Source: an uncultured archaeon
GTDB taxonomy: Archaea; Asgardarchaeota; Lokiarchaeia; Sigyniarchaeales; Promethearchaeaceae
Reading direction: 5' to 3'
Length of the DNA: 32,000 nt
Assembly (NCBI GenBank): GCA_964426185.1
Contig: CAYRPF010000002.1
Span: forward strand, 41,799 to 73,798
Positions 7,999-17,899 of this stretch are shown here, piece by piece. Below the pieces are notes generated by a model. That model had not been told where the DNA came from. It did no database searches and saw only the letters and a list, made by a program, of their open reading frames with translations. The stretch's first letter is position 1; every line of letters starts with the position of its first letter. Position numbers and translations under genes: made by a program.

Positions 7999-9150
7999 CT
8001 ATCCTTGTTCAGAAAAGTAATTCAATAAGGTTTCAGCTACAAAGTAAATCTGCTCATCTGTCATGCTGGATACCATTGGAATTTCAAAATGATGCCTTGC
8101 AATATATTCTGCATTCGGACATTTAGTTTTTGAATAATCCGGATAATCCACCACTCTTGCCATATGATATTCATGAATATTCCGATAGGCGGGTTGTTCA
8201 TAGGAAAGAATCGAATAAATTGTTCGAGAACTGATATGGTGTGTTTTTAAATAACTAATTAAATCTTTTGGAGTGGAAAGAGAATTCTTAATTACAGGAG
8301 CCATGATATAATCTGAAATTTGATGTCCTGGAAGAATTTTCTGAAGACGTATGTTCTCTTCTTCTCCTAATATTTTACGATATAAATCTCCGTTTCGATG
8401 ACGGCGGGCTAAAATTTGTTTTGCTCGTTCCATCTGAACATTCATTATTGCTGCAGACATGTCGGTTGTGCGGTAATTATATCCGATTCGATAATGGGCG
8501 TATCCTCCTTGAGGATTTCGGCCGTGGTTTTTAAGACTTTGAATTTTTTCATAAATTTCATTAGAATTACACACAACCGCGCCCCCCTCCCCTCCAACCA
8601 GATTTTTCGTTCCATAAAAAGAGAAAGCTGCTACATCACCAAAATTTCCTACATGCTTTCCATTAATTCGAGAATCATGCGCCTGTGCACAATCTTCAAT
8701 GACGGAAAGATCATTTTTTTCCGCGATTTCCATGATCTCAAGCATATTGCAAGGATTTCCAAAAATATGTACTGGCATGATTGCTTTTGTTTTTTCTGTA
8801 ATGGCCGCTTCAATTTTGGAAGGATCAATATTGAATGTTTCTGGATCAACATCAACAAAACGAGGTATGGCTCCATTGAACAAAATACTGTTGGATGAAG
8901 CAATAAAGGTAAATGGAGTGGTAATAACCTCATCTCCTGGACCGATGTCCATTGCTGTTAAAGCTAAATGTAATGCACTCGTGCCATTAGTAGTTACCGA
9001 AACAAATTTACTCCCGGTAAAAAGGCTGAATTTTTTCTCAAATTCTCGTGCGTTTTTACCTTCTATTAAGTGGCGACTTTTTACAACTTCCTCTACAGCT
9101 TGAAGTTCTCGGTCAGCAATATTTACATCAACAACGGGAATATCTTTCAT
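7999..9150 (-). CDS. DegT/DnrJ/EryC1/StrS family sugar aminotransferase
   Basis: TNGTSALHLAL, GDEVITTPFTFIAS, IMPVHIFG, IEDCAQAH, PLP-lysine FSFYGTKNL, GEGG and IGYNYR. Confidence 0.95.
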   Translation of the reverse strand: MKDIPVVDVNIADRELQAVEEVVKSRHLIEGKNAREFEKKFSLFTGSKFVSVTTNGTSALHLALTAMDIGPGDEVITTPFTFIASSNSILFNGAIPRFVDVDPETFNIDPSKIEAAITEKTKAIMPVHIFGNPCNMLEIMEIAEKNDLSVIEDCAQAHDSRINGKHVGNFGDVAAFSFYGTKNLVGGEGGAVVCNSNEIYEKIQSLKNHGRNPQGGYAHYRIGYNYRTTDMSAAIMNVQMERAKQILARRHRNGDLYRKILGEEENIRLQKILPGHQISDYIMAPVIKNSLSTPKDLISYLKTHHISSRTIYSILSYEQPAYRNIHEYHMARVVDYPDYSKTKCPNAEYIARHHFEIPMVSSMTDEQIYFVAETLLNYFSEQG

Positions 9151-9257
9151 GTTCTATAAGAGTAAAAGGAGGCATTAATCTAAAATGCTTAGAAAAATTC
9201 AAAAATTTCTTTAAAATCGATGAGTTATCTAAAGCTTGAAAGTTGTGAAGATTAATT

Positions 9258-10496
9258 ATGGAAAAGTTAACTCAGCAAAAATTACATAAGAATTATCTCG
9301 ATCTGCTTCAAATTTTGCAAAAAGATTACAATATTGAAGATTTATCTCGATTAGATTTAACTTGTAGAGAACATGAAGGTGAAGCAACTGTGGTGGCTTT
9401 TCCGATCCAAGGGGTACTTAAATATCACGGAATGAGAGATCCCCAAGAGCGAATTGCTTATTTTTCCAGTATTTCTCTTAATAATGGTGCCGCAGCAACT
9501 ATCACTTATATACATCTTTCAAGAAAACGTGCTACTGATATTCTAATCTTGAATGGGACTGAAGTAAAAGCCGATTCCCAAATTTTTCAACGAGTTAAAT
9601 ACCAACTTGAACAAATCCGCAAAATCACTAAGTTATCCAGCAAAGCGTTAATTATTAGTCGTAATGTTTATATTTCACAGAATTCCCCCTTAAACTTCAA
9701 GGAAGTAAAAGAAAAAGGCTTAGGTACTTCTGCATCTGCAGGAGCAGCGATTGCTGCAGCAATAATGCACATCATTTATCCCTCTGATTCAAAAATACGA
9801 GATCATGATCAGGTCCGCAGTATTTTTGCTCGATTTTTAGCGGGGAGTGCAGCTCGAAGTGCCACTGGTGGATTCAGCCTTTGGGTTTCTCATCCCCTCG
9901 CATCATCATGGGAGTCATTCAGTATTCGATTAGATCTGTCCAAAGATGAACCTTTTATTCAAGAATTATCACTTCTTACAATACCAATAAAATCATCGTT
10001 GAAAACAGAGCATGCTCATAAAAGTGTTCTTAAATCTCCTTTTTATGAACCTTGGCTTAATACTCGAGAGGATAAGATTGAAGAATTTATTAAGGCTCTA
10101 CGTGCTCATGATTTCAATAAAATGGGGGAACTTATGGAAGAAGACACACTGGCTTTGCATGCTGTTTCAATGACAACCGGGATTGCAGACTATATTTTAG
10201 CGTGGGAACCAGAAACCTTATCTATCATGAAAAAAATTAGGAATCTTCGCACAATGCACCATCTTCCTGTGTATTATTCCATAGATACAGGTCCTACAGT
10301 TGTAGTTTTTACTTTAGCATCTGAAGAAGAAAATGTGATCAGAAAGATGAAAGAAGAGTTTCCATCCCTTCCTATTATCCAGAGTAAAATTCAAGGCTCT
10401 CCCCGAATAATCCATCCACAATCTAGAGAATATCAAACTATTCAAGCAGATATCTCAAAATTTAAGAAAATAGAAAATGATAATAAACATCGATAA
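9258..10496 (+). CDS. mvaD: Mevalonate-phosphate decarboxylase, GHMP family; most likely phosphomevalonate decarboxylase (PMD)
   Basis: AFPIQGVLKYHG (PMD-type, not IALIKYWGK of diphosphomevalonate decarboxylases), SISL, KGLGTSASAGAA, AGSAARS and YSIDTGP. Confidence 0.85.
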   Translation: MEKLTQQKLHKNYLDLLQILQKDYNIEDLSRLDLTCREHEGEATVVAFPIQGVLKYHGMRDPQERIAYFSSISLNNGAAATITYIHLSRKRATDILILNGTEVKADSQIFQRVKYQLEQIRKITKLSSKALIISRNVYISQNSPLNFKEVKEKGLGTSASAGAAIAAAIMHIIYPSDSKIRDHDQVRSIFARFLAGSAARSATGGFSLWVSHPLASSWESFSIRLDLSKDEPFIQELSLLTIPIKSSLKTEHAHKSVLKSPFYEPWLNTREDKIEEFIKALRAHDFNKMGELMEEDTLALHAVSMTTGIADYILAWEPETLSIMKKIRNLRTMHHLPVYYSIDTGPTVVVFTLASEEENVIRKMKEEFPSLPIIQSKIQGSPRIIHPQSREYQTIQADISKFKKIENDNKHR

Positions 10497-10522
10497 TAAA
10501 AATTCAAAAAAAGTGTAAAACA

Positions 10523-11695
10523 ATGAAATTTTCAAAATTTTATCAGAAAACTCTCACAGAACGGCGCGCTTTGATCCAAAACCAGCGAAAATTATCTCCC
10601 AATGAGCTGGAAATCCTATCTCATCATAGTTATATCCCTGAATCTTCCCTGGATCTCATGGTTGAAAATGTAGTAGGGTATTACCCTCTTCCGTACAGCA
10701 TAGTTCCTAATTTTTTAGTTAATCAAAAGGAATATTTGGTTCCGATGGTGATTGAAGAATCTTCAGTGGTTGCAGCGGCTAGCAAGGCAGCAAAAATCGC
10801 CAGAATTCATGGGGGATTTACTTCCGAACCAGTTGAATCATTGATGATCGGGCAAATTCAGATATATGATATTAATTCTGAGCAAGAGCGCAAACAAATT
10901 CTGGAATTTATCACTCATAATAAGCAAAGGCTTATTGAATATTTAGATTTTCAAGATCCTACATTAGTTTCACATCAAGGAGGTGTAAAAGATATTCAAG
11001 TTCGGGAAATCTCGACTGATGAAGGATATTATATGATTCTTCATGTCATTGTTGATGTTCGAGATGCGATGGGTGCAAATATTGTCAATACTATGGTAGA
11101 AAGATTGGCTGCTCAAATTGAACCTGATATTCCAGGTAAAATTAACCTTCGTATCATTTCAAATTTGGCAATTCACCGGGTTGCTAAAGTACGGGCTATT
11201 TTTGATAAAGAAGCGGTCGGAGGCTCAAAAATAGTGGCAAAAATTATTAAAGCTTATCAATTTGCGCGTGACGATCCCTTCCGTGCCACCACCCATAACA
11301 AAGGAATTATGAATGGAATTGACGCTGTAGCTATTGCAACTGGAAATGATTTTCGTGCACTAGAAGCTGGAGCCCACGCATTTGCTTCTCTTTCTGGCCA
11401 ATATCATCCATTAACTCGTTATTATTTGCACCCTGAGGGGCATCTCATTGGTGAAATTAAAATTCCTTTAGCCATGGGAGTTGTCGGAGGTTTGATTTCA
11501 AAACATCCAGGTGCAAAACTTAGCTTGAAAATTATGGATGTCTATACTGCAGAGGAATTATGTCAGGTAACTGCTGCTGTTGGTTTAGCTCAGAATTTTG
11601 CAGCCCTGCGCGCATTAGCAGATGAAGGAATTCAGCAAGGACACATGAAACTTCATAGTAGAATAAAGGATCATACTTACCAGTCAACAGATTGA
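10523..11695 (+). CDS. mvaA: Class II (bacterial-type) HMG-CoA reductase
   Basis: MVENVVG, EESSVVAAAS, DAMGAN, RATTHNKGIMNG, GNDFRA, GLAQNFAALRAL and GIQQGHMKLH. Confidence 0.95.
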   Translation: MKFSKFYQKTLTERRALIQNQRKLSPNELEILSHHSYIPESSLDLMVENVVGYYPLPYSIVPNFLVNQKEYLVPMVIEESSVVAAASKAAKIARIHGGFTSEPVESLMIGQIQIYDINSEQERKQILEFITHNKQRLIEYLDFQDPTLVSHQGGVKDIQVREISTDEGYYMILHVIVDVRDAMGANIVNTMVERLAAQIEPDIPGKINLRIISNLAIHRVAKVRAIFDKEAVGGSKIVAKIIKAYQFARDDPFRATTHNKGIMNGIDAVAIATGNDFRALEAGAHAFASLSGQYHPLTRYYLHPEGHLIGEIKIPLAMGVVGGLISKHPGAKLSLKIMDVYTAEELCQVTAAVGLAQNFAALRALADEGIQQGHMKLHSRIKDHTYQSTD

Positions 11696-12675
11696 TGAAA
11701 ATGTATCAAATAACTGCTTCAGCTCCTGGGAAATGTATATTATTTGGAGAACATGCCGTAGTTTACGGCTATACAGCAGTAGTTTCCTCAATTGATATTA
11801 AATCAACTTGTATCATTAAAGAAACTAAAATTCCAGGTATTAAATGGAATTTTCTGGATTTTGACCAAACTTTCCAATACTCCATGGAAGATCTAGGAAA
11901 AATCGGCTCAATACCTACAGAAGTGACGAGAAATCCATTTTCTCAATTTTTTCATGCTCTGCAGAGAATTACAACAGATTTTGGGTTTAAACCTGAATAT
12001 ATGGATATATCCGTTTCGTCAAATCTTTGGAAGAATTCTGGATTAGGCTCTTCGGCTTCGAGTGCTTGTGCATTTATTAAAGCTCTTGAAACATACTTTT
12101 CGCTCAATTTAACCATCGATCAGATCAATTCATACTGCTTTTTAATGGAGAAGTTTGTACACGGAACTCCTTCAGGAATTGATAATACTATCATCACCCA
12201 TAGTGGCAGTATAGTGTACAAAAAACCTAATTTTTCGCATTTGGATGGAATCCCTAGAATTCCGCTATTAATTATAAATTCGGGGGTAATCCATAAAACC
12301 GCGGAGGCAGTTAGTAAAGTAAAAAAATTGCGAGAAGCAGCCCCTAAGAAAACCGAACAATTGTTCCAACAAATCGAAAAAATCTCCTTGCAAGGTATTG
12401 TGATTCTTAAAAAGGGCAATATCGAACAATTGGCAGAATTATTTAAAGAAAATCAAAAAATTTTAGAAAAATTAAATCTATCAACACCTGAAATTCATCA
12501 AATTATCGAAGTTGGTAAAGAAATTGGTGTAAAAGGAGTAAAAATTACTGGAGCAGGCTTAGGAGGTGCGGTTATTGCAGTTGCACCAGAAGAACGCCTG
12601 CAAGATTATCGGCAAAATCTCGAAAAAAAGGGATTCAGATCAATTCTTACATATATTGGAGGAGATACAGATTAA
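11695..12675 (+). CDS. mvk: Mevalonate kinase
   Basis: APGKCILFGEHAVVYG, SGLGSSAS, HGTPSGID and KITGAGLGG. TGATG stop/start overlap with HMGR. Confidence 0.93.
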   Translation: MKMYQITASAPGKCILFGEHAVVYGYTAVVSSIDIKSTCIIKETKIPGIKWNFLDFDQTFQYSMEDLGKIGSIPTEVTRNPFSQFFHALQRITTDFGFKPEYMDISVSSNLWKNSGLGSSASSACAFIKALETYFSLNLTIDQINSYCFLMEKFVHGTPSGIDNTIITHSGSIVYKKPNFSHLDGIPRIPLLIINSGVIHKTAEAVSKVKKLREAAPKKTEQLFQQIEKISLQGIVILKKGNIEQLAELFKENQKILEKLNLSTPEIHQIIEVGKEIGVKGVKITGAGLGGAVIAVAPEERLQDYRQNLEKKGFRSILTYIGGDTD

Positions 12676-13513
12676 GGGTGTTGAAAAATCCAAGATAATT
12701 ATTATAAAACTTGGTGGCAGCTTAATTACGGATAAATCTATTCCTTTTTCAGTGAATCAAGAGATATTAGATAGAATCTCAATGGAGCTTAAAAAGTATT
12801 CCGAGCAATCATCGAATTCTATTATAGTTGTTCATGGAGGGGGTTCGTTTGGTCATCCATTAGCCCATAAATATGCATTGCATAAAGGTTATTCAGTTGC
12901 TATCTCAAATCAAATCGAAGGGTTGTTGAAAACTCATTATGAAATGATTGAGATGAACCAACTAGTTGTAAACACATTTTTCTCTCACCAGTTAAAAGCC
13001 TACTCTGTTCCGCCAAGTGTAGTATTCCTAGAACACCAAGGACATTTAAAATTTTCAGGAAAATCACTTTTGGAAGAATTGATGAAATGGCAAGTTATTC
13101 CTGTTCTTTTTGGAGATATTCAATTCACGACTTCTCATAATTTTAAAATTCTTTCTGGGGACACAATTATTCAGCGACTTTGTGAGGAATTTGGAGCAGA
13201 ACGAATCCAGAAAGCTATTTTTACTTTTGATCAAGATGGAATTTTGGAAAAATCAGGGGAATCCCAACAATTTCGAGTTATTCCCTCCCTTACTGCTTCT
13301 CAATTAAGAAATTTTGATTCCTTTAACATTAATGAACAATCAGCTGGAAAATTCGATGTTACTGGGTCAATGAAGGGAAAAATAGAAAAAATCCTAAAAA
13401 TTGTAGATTTAGATATTATTGTAAAAATTATTAACGGGAAACGCCCAAATTGCTTGTTAAATACATTATTTGATCGAGAAAAGCTTTCTACAACTATTAA
13501 AAAAGGAGAATAG
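12656..13513 (+). CDS. ipk: Isopentenyl phosphate kinase (amino-acid kinase fold); start uncertain
   Basis: IKLGGSLITDK, VHGGGSFGH, PVLFGD, ILSGD and DVTGSMKGK. The nearest in-frame canonical start before the first motif is TTG at 12656. Confidence 0.9.
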   Translation: MEEIQIKGVEKSKIIIIKLGGSLITDKSIPFSVNQEILDRISMELKKYSEQSSNSIIVVHGGGSFGHPLAHKYALHKGYSVAISNQIEGLLKTHYEMIEMNQLVVNTFFSHQLKAYSVPPSVVFLEHQGHLKFSGKSLLEELMKWQVIPVLFGDIQFTTSHNFKILSGDTIIQRLCEEFGAERIQKAIFTFDQDGILEKSGESQQFRVIPSLTASQLRNFDSFNINEQSAGKFDVTGSMKGKIEKILKIVDLDIIVKIINGKRPNCLLNTLFDREKLSTTIKKGE

Positions 13514-13527
13514 AATAAAAAATCTTT

Positions 13528-14286
13528 TTATGCGCCTTTTCGTCTGTTTCTTTTTACGTATTCCTTTAAATCTTCAAGAAGCATTTCTTCATTATAATCC
13601 GGCCATAGTTCTTTTCGGAAGCGAAATTCTGAATAAGAAGCATCCCACAGTAAAAATCCGGATATTCTTGCTCCATCTTCCATTCCAGTACGAATTAAAT
13701 AATCCAATTCAGGAAATTCTTTGGTATAAAGATTTTGCTTTATTGTTTCTTTTGTAATATTTTCTGGCGTTAATCCTAATGTAATAATATTCTTCACAGC
13801 ATCTATAATTTCTTCTTGACCGTCATAATTAATACAAACATTGATGAAATAATTGTGGTATTTTTCTGTAATATCATTAACTTTCTGTATTTCCTTTTGA
13901 ATATTTTCTGGTAATTCTTTAATTCTTCCGATTATCTTTACTTGCACTTGATTTTCATGAATTCTCGTATCTTGAATCACTTCTTCAACACTTTGTAAAA
14001 GAAGATTAAAAAGATAGGAAACTTCCTTTTTAGAACGTTTTCGCACATTTTCCGATGATAAGGCATATATACTTAAATAGCGAATTTTTACATCAAACAG
14101 TGCATCCAAAATCTTCCGTAAAGTGCGGTAACCTTCTTGATGGCCCTTTAAGGTATCTTTAATCCCTTGTCGTCGAATCCATCTTCGATTTCCATCCAAA
14201 ATTAAGCCAACATGATTCGGTAAAAGTTTAGAGTAGGATTCATGAAGTTTTGAAAGACTATCGATTTTATCCAAGTCGTTAACCAT
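13528..14286 (-). CDS. uppS: cis-prenyltransferase (UppS / dolichol-precursor synthase)
   Basis: PNHVGLILDGNRRW, GHQEG, YALSSENVRKR, NYDGQEEI, DYLIRTG, RISGFLLW, LWPD and RNRRKGA (RxG C-terminus). Confidence 0.95.
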   Translation of the reverse strand: MVNDLDKIDSLSKLHESYSKLLPNHVGLILDGNRRWIRRQGIKDTLKGHQEGYRTLRKILDALFDVKIRYLSIYALSSENVRKRSKKEVSYLFNLLLQSVEEVIQDTRIHENQVQVKIIGRIKELPENIQKEIQKVNDITEKYHNYFINVCINYDGQEEIIDAVKNIITLGLTPENITKETIKQNLYTKEFPELDYLIRTGMEDGARISGFLLWDASYSEFRFRKELWPDYNEEMLLEDLKEYVKRNRRKGA

Positions 14287-14380
14287 CTTGATTGATATAA
14301 GTGCAATAAATCATATAAAAGCGATGAATTAAGGAAATGAAATAACATCTTTCTTATTTATTCGGTTCTTTTTGGAGAGT

Positions 14381-16939
14381 ATGAAAAAAAATTTACAAAT
14401 TGTATTGATAGGATCTTTCATATTCGGAACTATTGGCATTATTATAGGCTTATATTTTTCCCATTTAATTCAGTTTCCTACAAAAATACTTGATATCGCA
14501 TTATGGATTGGTTTTTGGGTATTTTGGGTAGGAGTCATTAACGAAGGGTTTCATTGGGTTAAAAACGGAAAAAGAAGCGATTGGGCTGATTTAGTTATAA
14601 TTGCATTTCTCTTTATCACTGTCTTCTTAATTACACGTGATGTTTTACTTTCCTTTGTCGGTGCTTTTTCGATATATTTACTTTTTGGTATTGAAGAATT
14701 AAAAGAATATGAGATTTTAAATAAAATCGTTTTAATATCTGTGATAACTTACAATGTTATTTTTGTGGCAGGGATTTTAGATCAAATCTTTCAAAAGGAT
14801 GGTTTGTGGCAAAATATTGCATTTTCTTTCAGTTTCTGGTTAATTCTCATTTTAGGATTTGTATTTTTTGGAAGAAAATATATTATCGTTTTTCGTTTCA
14901 TGAGTGTGCAGTATTTAACTCTTTTACTCTATGTAGTTGCATGGTTAGTGATTGCCACTATAAATTATGTAGCTTCCATAGATTTGAAGGAATGGATCTA
15001 CGAAGCATTGATTATCACTAATTTAATCGTTTATGCATTTAGTGGGCCATTAATCAATTTGCTTATGGGATTTCATCGTGAAAATGATCCTGAGCTAAAC
15101 CAAATGGTTCGAGAAGTTGCCAAAGAAGTAGGCTTAGATCCAAATAAAATCCAAGTACGTTTTGGGAAATATCCGATTTTAAATGCTATGGCGTATGGGG
15201 CGTTTTGGAATATGAATATGGCTATTATCGCACCAGATAAAGAAACCATACCTATGAACGAAATGAAAGGAATAATTGCCCATGAGTTAGGCCATTTAAA
15301 ACAGAAACATACTCTTATCTTAACTATCATTTCAACCATTGAAATTTTACTTTTTCAACTACTTCAATGGCCAGTTACTATGTACGATTATGTTTTCAAC
15401 AAGGAAAATATGCCGTTCGAGTTATGGGTGTTTCTGGTAATCAATTTTGGAATTTCTATCTTTTTGTATATAATTGTGCGATATTTAGAAGGTAATGCTG
15501 ATAAGATCGCGAAGAAAAGTGGATATTCTTCAAGTATCTCAAAAGGTTTATACAACTTAGAATCATTCTATGCCACCAGCCATGAAGTTGGATTAGATGC
15601 TACTTTGTTAAGCGATGAGAAGGTTACTCCCAATAATCAGATGCTTCAGTATTATTCTACTGCTCAATATTTAAATAGAATGATTGTAAATCCCTCACGC
15701 AGCATTCTTCTTTCGAATTTTATAAATTCCCATCCTCCTTCATTTCATAGGATTATGATAATATTGAATGATCAAGATGTTTCCTCTTTTCGGGAATCTT
15801 TAATGCCTTTAGTGTTTTTGAATCGGAAGAAAGCTCGTGAATTTTCCATCCAGACAAATGAAGCTCGTCAAAAATTCATGCAACTAGTCAATCAAAAAAT
15901 AGAAGAGAAATTTCATAAGAATAATATAAAAGAATTCAATGAACATCTTAAGCAAAAAGATTACTTCACCTATAAAATTGGACATTCTTTTGCTTATTTG
16001 AATATTATTACGGGTGAAAGATGGTTCGGTGTGTTGAAATCAATAAATTATACCGAAAATGTTACCGAGCCATTCGAATATGGGATTGAAATCGTCCAAA
16101 AAGATGGGCAAAAAGCGATGGTTAAGATAAATCCCTTCGCGTGCAAAGAAGTTCAATTGGCTGTAGGCTCTCAATATAAGTTTAAGAAAGAAGGTATTCT
16201 TACCTTAAAGAATGTCAATTTAGAAACATTATATAATCCAAAATCCAAGAAAAAAGTGGAAAACGATACGTATTACAAGTTTATCTATACAGGTGTGGCT
16301 GAATTCATTGATTTGAAAGGAAATATTTATAACAAACCTGTGTTCCATACCCGATTTCCCATACCAGTATCTCTGATTAAAGAATACGAAAATCAATCGA
16401 TATTTCTTAAAAAATCAGGAAGTTTTATTTGTCTTATACCTGAAAAGATCCAATTCAATGAAGAAAATGGAAAAATATCTATTTCTACTCACTATTTCGA
16501 TGAAACTGTTGCATTAGAGACTTCATCTGATTCTAAAAATTACAATTTGGATTCTGATTCACATGTAATCAAAAAAGAGAAGTTATATTTTTCTGTGCAT
16601 AACGATAAACCTGAAACAAAAAAACTTGAGACAAGTTTCATCCAGTATTTGGAAAAAGAAAAAATTAGATGTATAATTGTATTAAAAAAGGCAGTAAACA
16701 GCGAAATTGATGGATTTATTACTGAACTTCGCTATGATGAAAAATCAACGAATTTGATAACTCATGTAAGAATTAAGTCAATTTTTGAAGAGGAAATGGA
16801 AATCTCTTTAAAGAAAATTGATGGCATTTTTCTGAATTTCCCAGCACTAATTGTTCAAAGCAAATCAGAAATTTCCTTATTTACAAAAGTTATTGATAAA
16901 TTCCAAACCATTTTTCATCCAGAAAGAATATACTCATAG
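14381..16939 (+). CDS. Large multi-pass M48 (HtpX/Ste24) family zinc metalloprotease with long soluble C-terminal region
   Basis: NAMAYG, GIIAHELGH (HExxH), EGNAD (ExxAD third ligand) and SHPP. About 8 N-terminal TM segments and about 390 aa of unassigned C-terminus. Confidence 0.85.
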   Translation: MKKNLQIVLIGSFIFGTIGIIIGLYFSHLIQFPTKILDIALWIGFWVFWVGVINEGFHWVKNGKRSDWADLVIIAFLFITVFLITRDVLLSFVGAFSIYLLFGIEELKEYEILNKIVLISVITYNVIFVAGILDQIFQKDGLWQNIAFSFSFWLILILGFVFFGRKYIIVFRFMSVQYLTLLLYVVAWLVIATINYVASIDLKEWIYEALIITNLIVYAFSGPLINLLMGFHRENDPELNQMVREVAKEVGLDPNKIQVRFGKYPILNAMAYGAFWNMNMAIIAPDKETIPMNEMKGIIAHELGHLKQKHTLILTIISTIEILLFQLLQWPVTMYDYVFNKENMPFELWVFLVINFGISIFLYIIVRYLEGNADKIAKKSGYSSSISKGLYNLESFYATSHEVGLDATLLSDEKVTPNNQMLQYYSTAQYLNRMIVNPSRSILLSNFINSHPPSFHRIMIILNDQDVSSFRESLMPLVFLNRKKAREFSIQTNEARQKFMQLVNQKIEEKFHKNNIKEFNEHLKQKDYFTYKIGHSFAYLNIITGERWFGVLKSINYTENVTEPFEYGIEIVQKDGQKAMVKINPFACKEVQLAVGSQYKFKKEGILTLKNVNLETLYNPKSKKKVENDTYYKFIYTGVAEFIDLKGNIYNKPVFHTRFPIPVSLIKEYENQSIFLKKSGSFICLIPEKIQFNEENGKISISTHYFDETVALETSSDSKNYNLDSDSHVIKKEKLYFSVHNDKPETKKLETSFIQYLEKEKIRCIIVLKKAVNSEIDGFITELRYDEKSTNLITHVRIKSIFEEEMEISLKKIDGIFLNFPALIVQSKSEISLFTKVIDKFQTIFHPERIYS

Positions 16940-16956
16940 ATAGAGGAAAAACGCGA

Positions 16957-17886
16957 ATGAACACATCTGGGATGCTAAAAATTCGAGGAATATTCCGATT
17001 ATTGCGCGTCAAGCAATATTATAAAAATTTAATCATGTTAGTTGGAATCTTTTTTGCAGGTAAATTGTTCCAATTTTCCCTATATCCCAAAATATTTCTA
17101 GGATTTGTTGTTTTATGTTTATCTTCTTCGATTATATATATTTTAAATGATATTCGGGATCTTTCAGCAGATCAATTTCATCCAGAAAAGAAAAAATCAA
17201 GACCATTGGCTGCAGGTATTTTATCTGTAAAATTTGCATGGATAATCTTGTTCGTCATCATTTTACTTGACGGTTTAATTCTATACTTTCTGCCTCCATT
17301 GTTCCTATTCATGGTTGGGCTGATATTGCTAAATGGACTTTTATATAATTACTTTCTTAAGGATGTTCCTTTTGCAGATGTTATTGGGTTGAGTACTATT
17401 TATATCTGGCGCGCTTTAGCTGGATGTATTTTAATAGATGTTTCTATTTCACCGTGGTTGACTATTACGGTCTTTTTAACGGCGCTTCTTCTAGCTACTG
17501 GCAAAAGAATCGCAGACTTGTCACTTATTGGGGGAAATAATGCATCTAACCATAAAAAATCGTATCGTGCTTATACCGCGAAGATTTTAGATAAATTTCT
17601 GATAATTATAGCAACCAGCCTATTTGTAGTTTATACATTATATTGTGTTCTCGGGCCGTCTGAAGCGACTTCTATTTTTGCATTAGAAAAGAATTTATTG
17701 ATTTACAGCACACCTATTGCGTTGTTTTTAATATTTCGTTTTATATTTTTGATCAATAACAGTCCAGAATTAGCCAGAAGGACAGAAAAATTGTTTTTTG
17801 ACAAACAGATGCTAATTGGAGCCATTTTACTGGTTTTATTGATCCTATCTATTTTCTATATTAATTTCGATAATATAGTAAAGTAA
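16957..17886 (+). CDS. UbiA superfamily prenyltransferase, decaprenyl-phosphate phosphoribosyltransferase-like subfamily
   Basis: RVKQYYKNL, YILNDIRD..D..HPEKKKSRPLAAG, LK..P..DV, RALAG, SPWL and GKR, with about 9 TM segments. Confidence 0.85.
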   Translation: MNTSGMLKIRGIFRLLRVKQYYKNLIMLVGIFFAGKLFQFSLYPKIFLGFVVLCLSSSIIYILNDIRDLSADQFHPEKKKSRPLAAGILSVKFAWIILFVIILLDGLILYFLPPLFLFMVGLILLNGLLYNYFLKDVPFADVIGLSTIYIWRALAGCILIDVSISPWLTITVFLTALLLATGKRIADLSLIGGNNASNHKKSYRAYTAKILDKFLIIIATSLFVVYTLYCVLGPSEATSIFALEKNLLIYSTPIALFLIFRFIFLINNSPELARRTEKLFFDKQMLIGAILLVLLILSIFYINFDNIVK

Positions 17887-17899
17887 AAGGTGTTTTAAA

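Noticed and set aside
12566-12655. N-terminal extension of IPK given by the ORF track
   Set aside because: It overlaps the conserved C-terminus of mevalonate kinase by more than 100 bp and has no IPK-like sequence.
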